Assembly: GCF_009834535.1 (NCBI RefSeq)
Contig: NC_045696.1
Location: forward strand, 10,294,001 to 10,358,000
DNA length: 64,000 bases
Source: Camelus ferus
Lineage: Eukaryota
Direction: 5' to 3'
Part shown: piece by piece, positions 12,963 to 22,903 of the stretch
Layout of the letters: every line of letters starts with the position of its first letter
Numbering within the stretch: position 1 is the stretch's first letter
The notes under the pieces: generated by a model
Database searches by the model: none
The model's input: the letters and a program-made list of their open reading frames with translations, nothing else
What the model was told of the DNA's origin: nothing
Program-made: the position numbers and the translations under genes

Positions 12963-13470
12963 TGCTAACTAAAAATTGGCACTTGCCATCTGCCTCTACA
13001 GGGATTGGATCACACTGGCACTGGCCATCCAACTCTGCTTGGATTAAATCAGGAACCACTGCAACCACTGACCTTCAACATACCCTGAAAGGAGTTCAGG
13101 ATGGAGATCAGGAATGAGGCGCTCTGTGCTCTGGGAGAACTGGGTGAACAGGCCATCAGATAGTTAGATGTTTTCAGGAGAAGATTTTATGACCCCAGTT
13201 CTTGTGTCTCCTCATATCTAGAAAAGCACTAGAATCATTAATGGTGACGTCTGCTCCTCGTGACTAGCAGCAGCCTCTGCCTGAACGTGTGCTTGGCTGC
13301 ATGTCCCCCCTCACTGAAATCATATATAATACTGAGCTTTCCCCCTGCCTCCTTGGAACAGTTTCTCAGAGCTTTCTGGGATGCTGTCTCCCAGGCTATA
13401 GTCCTCATTTTGCCCCAGAATAAAACTTAACCCACAACTCTCATGTTGTGTGATTTTATTTCAGTTGACA
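12963..13470 (+). mobile_element. Solo LTR, ERV1 class
   Basis: TGCTAACT...AGTTGACA imperfect inverted termini; 4-bp TSD ACAG (12959-12962, 13471-13474); TATATAA near 13323 and AATAAA near 13419. Confidence 0.85.
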
Positions 13471-13862
13471 ACAGCAAACTCTTCCTTGATCAAATAGAGT
13501 AAAAAATGATTTGATACCCCTGAAACTAACATAATACCGTACATCATAAAACAAATAAACAAAAAAAAAGAATTGAGATGGCAGAGAGACAAATGCATTT
13601 TCACGGTGTTTCTGGGAATTGTAGCTTCAGAAGACAGTATTTGCAAACATCGTTGAACAATATGTGACTCTGGGATGCAGACGGAGCCATAAATCAGTGT
13701 TCAGGGGAGTGTCATTTTGGTTTCTATGGCACCAGAACTTATTGGCAATAAATCAACTTCTTTGCCATTATCACAGAACAAGTAAATGAAAGGGGAAAAA
13801 ATGAAACAGATGGATTAAAACAGAAACAAGAGTCCTCACTTGCTTTAGTCAAAGGGTGGAAC

Positions 13863-14497
13863 TGGGACAGGAAGGAAGGGGGAGGGCACAGCCATTCAAG
13901 GAATGACACAGCAAATAACACCAAAATGGTGGAAGATTAAGCTCCCAGGAAGCCTTAAGGCTCAAGATGGCAAGAAATTTGACTTCTAGACCTTGAACTT
14001 CTTTATACACTCATTGCAATGTATTAGCATGCTAAATGGCACTCCCACAGGTCCATGACAGTTCCAAGGCTGACCAAAAAAGGTCGAAAAGTGGGCGGTG
14101 GCCCAATTCCTGGGAGTCCCAGCCCCTTCCCCAAAAAGTAGTTGGAATAATCCTCCCACTTGTTAGCATATGAAGCTACCCAGCCTATAAACACTAACAA
14201 CCCCACACCTCGTGGCCTCTCCCCCTTCTGAGTGAGATGGATCTCACTGTCTATGGTGTGTATCTATTGAGCACTCAACCCCCTCACTTCATGGCCTTTC
14301 TTGCCTTCTGAAACAGCCTACACTCTGTCTATGGAGTATGTATCTCTCTAAATAAATCTACCTTTACTGTAACAACTGTGGCTTGCTCTTGAATTCTTTC
14401 CTGTGCAAACCAAGGACCCACATTTGTCGGGGCACGTCCCAGACTCAAACAAGACCTGGGATACAGCCCTCCTCTCGCCCCACATTTTCCTGTATCA
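13863..14497 (+). mobile_element. Solo LTR, ERV1 class
   Basis: TGGGACAGGAA...TTCCTGTATCA termini; 4-bp TSD GAAC (13859-13862, 14498-14501); TATAAA near 14187, AATAAA near 14351. Confidence 0.87.
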
Positions 14498-15435
14498 GAA
14501 CTACATTTGAGAGTACAAAAAGAGAAGAGGTTACTTTTGCCATGCTTCTTGCAGTAGCTCAGAAAATATTTAATATAACTGTAAAGTAAGAAAATTTATT
14601 TTTTAGTAACTTTTTAAAACTATCACATCTATTTTCCACCCACTCAGAAACACAATTAATGGCTAAGTTTTGGTATGCTAACTAAATTCCTGCCAACTCT
14701 CTACTCTCCCTTGTTTATGGGGAAACTTTCAAAATGCTCAACTCTATTGTGAGAGCACAAAATTATGAAAAAGATGTTCTAAACTAGGAAATGTCACACA
14801 TCTAATCCAATGTACTTTAATTTAAAATTGGTCCTTATGCATAAGACTGTAACACACCCCAGCTAACAAACTTGAGGTAATAATTAGACTTTGTGGAAAA
14901 TAACTGCAGTTCAGATATGTTGATTCTAACCATGACATGAGTTTAAATGGTTAATAATGCTATGTAGAAGGTAAACAGGCTTTAAAAATTCTATGGAGTT
15001 TAAATAAGCAAGATAGCATGATGACATTAAAAAATGCTAATCAACCTACATGTTTGGTTCTGACTCTAAATTTGATCCTTTGGTCACATCTTATACTCAC
15101 AAGGACTGTTGACTGTGCACTATGCAGTCACCTTTTAAAAGGAAAAGAACTATATTTTCAAATGGTGAACTCTTTCTGCTCGTAACTAAACTGAACAAGA
15201 ATGCTTTGGTTTATCACTCATTTGACCTGCTAACTTAAAAGCCTATGAGTTGTCTGAAAGACATCATTAGGACAGTTGTTGAAACTGGAATGCAAAACAG
15301 TACATTAAATAATACTGTAACTATGTTAAATCTGCTGAATTTGCTAACAGTGTGCTATGGTGACGTAAAGGAAAACCCTTGTTTTGAGGAAACAAATACT
15401 TAAGTACTTTGGGGTAAAGGACATAATACATGCAA

Positions 15436-17691
15436 TTATTATTATTTTTTAAATTTTTAAAAATCATACCAAACATTCATATGTTTATTTCTTTCTCTAT
15501 TAAGTTGCCAAGTGCGACGTTCCCACAAAAGGAAAATCAGCCCCAGTGGCAGAGCAATCAGTACAACTTCTAGGGTAAGTCGTAGAGAAACAATGAAACC
15601 TTTCAATTTTCCATCAAACAAAGCAGGGAAAATTTAAACCTGTAATTTAAATTTAATCTCAACACATTAAAAAAAAAAAAGCCAAAGCTTTTCCAAGCAG
15701 TTTAAAGTATAAGCTACTGTTTTAACCCAAACATTTAAAAAGAAAAAAAAAATTCAAAGGCACAATTGAATAGCACCAAGTAACATTCCATATAGTACTT
15801 AGAATCACGAGCAGTTCTGGGCGATGTGAAGTCGAAGTAAAAGGACTCCAGGATTTAGAAACATCAATTTCCTGTAAGAACCAGTGGAGTACTGTGGCTA
15901 TGTTGTGTTTCTGGGACACAAACTAACACAAACTACAAAATAAAGGTTCCACCACACACAGAAAGCAAGGCTAATTGATGTCTGACTCCGCATACATGTA
16001 TCTGGCTCAATTATAAGTTGGAAGTTTGACTTTAAAACCTTTGATCAAAGGAATCATGCAACAGCCAAATAAGTGCAGTGAAAAAGAACAGTTTACCTTC
16101 TAATTTGAAAGTACATAAACAGTGTTAAGTCAGAGTTTCCATAAGAGGCTTAAAAATAAAACATTTGATTTATTGCATATAAGTCCTAACAGGTAAAACA
16201 TATTTACTGTGATGTTAAATTACTTTAAAAACAACACTGAGTAGCTCTAGCCAACAGGCAACTTTGCTTAACTTCTCTCTCTTCAAACCACTGTGGACAC
16301 GTCCACCTAGGGTCAGGCTGGTAACTCTTCACATGGTGACACCAAACTGCAGCATTTCTAAGGCATTTCACAAACAAGCTAATCTACAAACCATCTTTAC
16401 AAGGCATGTCTGAGCTTTACTTGGCATTTAAAGAGACATACTTGGGCTACTAACCTGCTGAGGGTTCTAAGCCGAAGGACACTATAATTTATCACTGTTT
16501 ATTTTCCAACCTTGGCAGTCAGGTAGGACAACCTGCCTCCCTACAAGCTACTTTTAAACGACTGCTCCATACAGACCCAACTACACCTACTCATTCCACA
16601 ACCAGCATGTCTTGGACCCACACACATGCCAAATCACCTCCCAGTCTCTCACCCTCCTTGTCAAAGAAGAAAGAGCCACAAAACCTGCTCCCATCCTCTG
16701 AACAGGAAACACACAATAAAGTTTACCTTTCATAGATCAAGACCAAAGCAGTCTTTGTTTGGGTGTGTGAACACACGTGGGCCCACGAAAACGCACCTAC
16801 TCACCTAAGCTCGCTTCGCTGCACCTTTAAAGTAAGATACAAAGATCAACATACATATGTATTTTTTCCTCAGTCTGTAGAAAGGGGAAACACATCCTTT
16901 TCTGTGTGCAGGGTTGCCCAAAGGACCCACATCCTGATGACAGTTCTATATGCAAGCCAACACAACACAGCTGGCCTCCAGTGATCGTAACTCCGAGGGA
17001 CAAGTTTAAGGCCTGGTTCTGAGACAGTTTCCTGTCCAGGCCTCTCTAATACTCTGCGTTTTTCAAGTTCCAAGAAGACTTCTCTGCACTGCCTAGCAGA
17101 GCATTTAAATGAACCCTTTCTGCCGAGCAGCGCGGCCGCACAGTGGCCACAAACGCCAGTCACGAGAATGATGATGATGTCTCTTGCGTGGTGAGATTGG
17201 AGGATACAGCTTACAACACGCTAAGGTAGGTGGCCTGGAGCGTCAGGAATCAGTTCCTCATCACTGTTATCAACAAGCCGGAGTAGGGTGGGGTCGGGTG
17301 GGGGACAGCAGGGGAAGACCGTGGCATACGAATTCTTGGCACGGGGTACCATAGCTCCGGAAGGGCAGCAGACCCAGGTGCTTGGCCTTATTCTTCCTCC
17401 TCCAACCAGGTCTTGCTTAGTGGCCCTCTTTGTATCCCCCTGGCCCCGACCCATTCCGTGCCTGCCCCCGGGAGGCTCCCACCCTCGCCCAGGGGCAGGT
17501 GCAGGAAGCCACGCTGCGTACCCGGTTCTCCGGCTCCGCAGGCAACTTGGTCTGGAACTGGCAGCGGGTGCCACTGCTGTAGTCTCGCTGAATGAAGACC
17601 TTCCCGGACACCGGCGCTTGCTGCCGCCTCTTGGCAAGGACAAGACGGGCCACGCCACCTCCTCTGCCCTCCAGCTGCTGTCGCACCGCAC
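15436..17691 (-). pseudogene. GOLGA7: GOLGA7 (GCP16) retro-pseudogene: 5' UTR + first coding exon (17632-17522) + ~2 kb non-coding sequence + polyA signal and tail
   Basis: [37 protein letters not shown] matches GOLGA7 residues 1-37 (recalled [37 protein letters not shown]) with ATG>AAG; homology stops at GT (17521-17520); AATAAA on - at 15489-15484; A-rich tail 15458-15436; direct repeat TACATGCAA at 15427-15435 and 17692-17700. Confidence 0.88.
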
Positions 17692-19059
17692 TACATGCAA
17701 AGATTCAGAAGAAAATCATTTGAATGATGTCAGAAGAATGAGAGAGAGAAAACTGGTAAAGCAAATGTGGCAACTCTTGGTAGTTGAACCAATACCAGGA
17801 ACTGCGTACCTCCACACTCCGTATATATGAGAAAAATCCAAGTTCATTAGCTAGTTTACACTTTGCAGCTGAAAGTGTGCTTTATTGATAACTCAGCTGA
17901 TTCCAATTCACCTTCTACGTGTACAGAATCACACTATAAAACTGACATTCTAAAAAGAGAAATGTTACTTGCAGTTTCAGTAACTTACAAAGTCTAGTCA
18001 CTTAACCAAATCATTTAACTATTGGGGCTAAAGTATAGTTACTTATAAGATGCAAACATCAAAATGCCATTTGTGATGAGTGCTTTGGAAAATACAAAGT
18101 GCTATATAAGTAGTTTTTTAAACTGTATTTTTTCCCCTTTTATAGCTATGTTTAAAATGTTGGCAAGAGTTAAAACTTATAGAAACACATCTTTCATACA
18201 GTTCTTTTTTGCTCATTGTTTGCTTTTAAGGAAATCTCACTGAATCAGATTTTAAACCATTTTCTGTGCACCTACGCAGAAGGTAACAGATTATTGTCTA
18301 TGACTCAGAGGTCTTTCTAGGCTAGTACCTATTTCTGGCTCCTTTTAGGAGACATAGTCATAATAAAAAAATTATTGCGAGGCACGGTGCAAAGTGGTTT
18401 ACATACATTGTATAAGTCTCACAAAAACTCAGTGATTTTAATGCCATTATTATTTCATCATAAGTAAAATGGAGAAAACAATAGCACTTTCTCACAGGGC
18501 TGCTGTAAGCATTAAGAGACTATATAGAGAGCATTTATTTAGCACAGTTTCTGGCAAAAAGTGCTAAATACACACTTACCATTTGCTGGTACCCTCATTT
18601 ATATAATATAACAGAAAAAAGCAAGCGTAAGAAACAGGATTTTCAACTCAGGTCTGACTCCTCAAGTTTCTGCCACCTTCTTTTTTGTTTTTAATTATCC
18701 CCCCGTACAGGAGGGGGAAATAGCAAATTCCCAAGACAGTGGCTTAACTTAAAGTCAGTAAACACATAATTTGATTTTGTCCTCGACCGTCCTCACTCCT
18801 CACCAACGCCTGACTAAGCGAGCTGCTCACTAAGTACTTGAACTAATGAAAGAGTAGGCTTCTAGCCTGGGTTACCTAGATCTTTCTGGATTAAGTGGAA
18901 CTTTCATGTTTCTGAGCTGGTGTCCATGGCTGCAGCCCCTAAGAGGTTGTTCAAGTAACGTTTGGGGAAACGGACTCGCCTTCCCCTCCCCTCGGCATCG
19001 CCCTCGGAAGCCTTAGGGCTTCAAAGGTCCCAACCTACACTCCCCAAGGTCTACAATAA

Positions 19060-19625
19060 GCTCTACCCGTCACTGCTCCGGCCATGACAACATTTTCTTC
19101 CACTCGGCTGGTCCCGCCTCCCTCCCGGAAGGCGCACGCGCGCCGCGGGGCCCTGCGCGCGCAGCCCTTCCCGGCGAACTACATCGCCCAGAATCCCAAT
19201 CGACCGAACCATCTCGGGCTCGAGGTGGGGGAGGAGGCGGAGGCGGAGCAGATTGCCCGGGGCGGGGCGTAGCCTCCCGAAATGTCCTGCTTGTGTCTTC
19301 TTGGGAAGAGTTCGTTTTAAGCGAGATCCTGGGGTTCCTAGGTAAGGTAGGACATATGTCCCGATTAGGTATAATAGTGCCCTCCGCACCCCCCGAGAGA
19401 TCACTCAGTGCCAAACGGCGGATGGTCTAGTCCAGCGGAGACACTGGTTACCGGCCTGGGCGGAATCACCACGGGAGTGAAGGGCAGACAGCGCACGCAT
19501 GCGCAGAGGCTCAGCATGGGGGCGGGAGCCGCTGAGCCCCTTCCCAATGTACGAGAAGGTGAGTAGGGGGCGGGACAGGGCGTTCCTGGAGTTGGGACTG
19601 ACCGCTCCCCTCAACGGCCGCAGTT
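19060..19625 (+). promoter_or_regulatory. DNAJC28: CpG-island promoter and non-coding first exon(s) of DNAJC28
   Basis: CpG-dense; ETS CCGGAAG 19125-19131, ZNF143/SBS-like ACTACATCGCCCAGAATCCC 19178-19197, CCAAT 19196-19200, GC box near 19260, NRF1-like CGCATGCGCA 19496-19505; donor-like AG|GTAAGG (after 19341) and AG|GTGAGT (after 19558). Confidence 0.85.
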
Positions 19626-20364
19626 AGCACAGTCACCACAATCCCAATCAACTCTGAAAGCTGTTGACCCCAATTGTCCAGAAAACTGTGGAGTCCCCAG
19701 GAGCTCAGTTTTAGCGTTTATAAATCAAAATCCTATTTTCAGTTAAACCACTTTAAGCATTTAATTGCCATTATCGATGTACAAGACTTTCTCCTCTACT
19801 ATGCTGTGCGTTTTTAAAATAACAGCTACCATATTGGGAGGGATCACCTCTCATCTTGGCTTTACGGCATGCAGCAGACAGCTCCTTCGTAACAAGCTGT
19901 AGAGCTTACAGTCTTTTGGACACTTGATTCTATTCGATTTAGTGTCAGACTAGGTACATGCTTTGTCATGTTCTCTGATTGTCTCACGTAAGTCTTCTCA
20001 TGACATGAGAAGAATCCCTGGGACGATAAGGACAGTGATACACTAACTAAAGAAACAGTGGTGCTGATGAAGTTTATAATCTGGCTGGGGCTACAGACAA
20101 TTAAGGGAGAGGCTTATTGTGCCCTACCTAACCTTACCCATTTTGCTTACACCTTGCTATGTGACTTAGTTATGCTGCTTAACCTTCCGGACCTACATTT
20201 TCTCATAAAATGAGAAGACTGGATTAGATGATCTCTGAGAACTCGCCACCTCTAAAATTCTGTGGTTAATTAGTAAGGCGTAGAACCCAGATTATATCAC
20301 AGTATGTGAATGCAAAACATCATTAACTTCCCTTTCTATGCTAACATAGGTGAAACATAGCTAT

Positions 20365-20943
20365 TGCCGAGTTTTAGCAGTGTTAGTGGATAGAGGGACC
20401 CCCAAATTGGAAAGCCCACCAAGCGGGTGGCCAATTCCCTCAAATGTGTGGATCCTTGCCCGCCAACTGAGAAAGAATTCTCAGTAGATGCAGAGAGATA
20501 GAGTGAAGAAAGACCTGCTTTTATTGCTGAGAGAGAGAGAAGAAAAGAAAACACTCAAGTGGGGAGCCATCCGCCAGATAGCTGGTCCAGGCAGCTCCAG
20601 TCCCTGAGTGGGCTACAGGGTCTTTTATTGGAAGGCTTTGCCATTCTTATCTTCATTCCAGTGATGCCAGTCTTCTATTACTGTCTGTTTCCTCCTGTGG
20701 AGCTAAGCTCTAAAACAGAAGCTTTGGTGGGAAAAAAAGAACAAAGAGATACTGGGTTATGTCCTTGGAATTAATGCAGCAGCTGTGGGACATAAATCCT
20801 CCTGTTGCCAGACTGTGTCCTTGGAATTAAGGAGCCAGCTGTGGGATAAGAGCAATGTCCTGCCTTTCATCAGTCTGGCACTTTCTTCCCCTTGTTGGAA
20901 GCCAATCACGGTCAGTAAGACTATCTAATCCTCTCTCTCAGCA
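20365..20943 (-). mobile_element. Solo LTR (ERV1-like) in DNAJC28 intron 1
   Basis: TGCCGAG...CTCAGCA termini; flanks CTAT/ATAT; AATAAA on - at 20525-20520; internal ~35-bp direct repeat near 20760 and 20816. Confidence 0.75.
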
Positions 20944-21081
20944 ATATTAGAAAGAACTGCCCCTTACTGTATGTATAATTTTGTCCTTATTGCTGAAAAT
21001 ATGAGTTTCGCTGATAGTACGACATTCTTCACCCTATATTTGTTTCATTTTATAGATCATTGCTAGGAAGAACTCGGTATA

Positions 21082-22245
21082 ATGATGAACACAATGTATG
21101 TGATGATGGCTCAGATCTTAAGATCTCATCTGATAAATGCTTCACTGATTCCTAATCAAATGAAAATGGGTTCATATCTTGGTGTCATTAGAATTAGAAT
21201 GATGTCAACTCATAAATCCAAAAAGAAGATGAGAGAGTATTATAGGCTGCTGAATCTGGATGAAGGATGCTCTGCAGATGATGTCAGGGAATCTTTTCGT
21301 AAGCTTGCCAAGCGATACCATCCAGATGGTGGCTCTAGTACTGCTGATTCTGCAACATTTATAAGGATTGAAGAAGCTTATAGGAAGGTGCTTTCCCACG
21401 TGATAGAACAAACAAATGCCAGAAAGAGTAAAGTTGAAGAAGCAGAAGAAGAAGAAGAAAAATTTAAATATAAAACACCCCAACACCGGCATTATTTAAG
21501 TTTTGAAGGTATTGGTTTTGGGACTCCAAGCCAACGAGAGAAGCAGTATAGGCAATTTAGAGCAGACCGTGCAACTGAGCAAGTGATGGAATACCAAAAG
21601 CAGAAGCTACAAAGCCAGTATTTCACTGACAGTATAACTGTTAAAGATGTAAGACACAGTAGAGAACAAAAGATAACTCAAGCAATAGAGCGTTTAGTGG
21701 AGGATCTCATTCAGGAATCAATGGCAAAAGGAGACTTTGACAATCTCAGTGGGAAAGGAAAACCTCTAAAAAAATTTTCTGGCTGTTCATATATTGATCC
21801 CATGACTCACAACCTAAATAGAATATTGATAGATAATGGATATCAACCAGAGTGGATCCTAATGCAAAAGGAAATAAAGGATACTATTGATCAACTCAGA
21901 GAGGCAATTTTAGTGTCGAGGAAAAAACTTGGGAATCCAATGACACCAACTGAACAGAAACAGTGGAACCAAGTTTGTGAGCAGTTTCAAGAAAACATCA
22001 GAAAACTAAACAAGCGAATTAATGATTTTAATTTAATTGTTCCTCTCCTGACCAGGCAAAAAGTTCATTTCGATGCTCATAAAGAAATTGCCAGAGCCCA
22101 GGAAATATATGAGACCCTTATGAAAACAAAAGAAGTCACAGATAAAAACCTGAATAACGTTGATCAGGGAGAAGGGGAGAAAACACCTGGAGTTAAGACA
22201 GGTTTTTTTAACTGGATAAATGTGTGGAAACTTATTAAAATATGA
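21082..22245 (+). CDS. DNAJC28: DnaJ homolog subfamily C member 28, single coding exon, 387 aa
   Basis: Intact ORF; J domain (YYRLLNL...YHPD...[11 protein letters not shown]) and DUF1992-type motif ([25 protein letters not shown]...NGYQPEWI); acceptor ttttatAG ends at 21055; synteny between GART and TMEM50B. Confidence 0.98.
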   Translation: MMNTMYVMMAQILRSHLINASLIPNQMKMGSYLGVIRIRMMSTHKSKKKMREYYRLLNLDEGCSADDVRESFRKLAKRYHPDGGSSTADSATFIRIEEAYRKVLSHVIEQTNARKSKVEEAEEEEEKFKYKTPQHRHYLSFEGIGFGTPSQREKQYRQFRADRATEQVMEYQKQKLQSQYFTDSITVKDVRHSREQKITQAIERLVEDLIQESMAKGDFDNLSGKGKPLKKFSGCSYIDPMTHNLNRILIDNGYQPEWILMQKEIKDTIDQLREAILVSRKKLGNPMTPTEQKQWNQVCEQFQENIRKLNKRINDFNLIVPLLTRQKVHFDAHKEIARAQEIYETLMKTKEVTDKNLNNVDQGEGEKTPGVKTGFFNWINVWKLIKI

Positions 22246-22851
22246 CCATGTCAGTGTTCAAAGTACTGCCCCAAATCATTTTCCATAGTATTGACATTAC
22301 ATAGAGGCTGAGATTTATTTCTGTAACACAAGAGTTTGAGAACTGTGTGTCTCTGTACTTTTCACAAAACTAATCAGATCTCCAATTGATGAATGAGAAA
22401 GCTGTAAGAAACTGAGTTAGAAAAATGTTCAACCAGCTTTGCTCTGAGAATAAGGCAAGACAAGAGAATTACTTTTAAAGAAACAATTTAACCCATTTCA
22501 GAATTTAAATATCAGTCATCAGGTGAAAGGAGTTAGGTCAGGGACGCAGGCTGGAGATCGTAAAGGGTATTCCAAAGTCTTAGTGCAGTTTTTAGCTCTA
22601 ATAACTTAAAAATAGTTTCTGTTTGCCATCTTCAAACAAGGTACTTCAACAACAACAACTAATGTATTATAAGAAGTCCCAAAGCATGGAATGTAGGCAA
22701 GTAAACCTCCAAATGATGTATGTTTGTTTCCAAGTTTGTTGAATTTGTACACCTGAGGTTATTAAAGCTCAAAACTTTTAAATCTTTTGGGACATTCTCT
22801 ATATGGTTAGAAATATTAAGATCAGAAAATTAGCCTAATGGAGATACTGCA

Positions 22852-22870
22852 TTCTTCTTCTTCTTCTTCT

Positions 22871-22902
<32 letters not shown>
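22852..22902 (+). repeat. (TTC)n followed by a long poly(T) tract
   Basis: Directly visible; source of the spurious poly-Lys ORF 22830-23033. Confidence 0.95.

Positions 22903-22903
<1 letters not shown>

Noticed and set aside
17417..17686. 89-aa minus-strand ORF as a functional GOLGA7-derived protein
   Set aside because: It starts at GTG, the true ATG is mutated to AAG, only 37 residues are homologous, and the rest is intron-like read-through.
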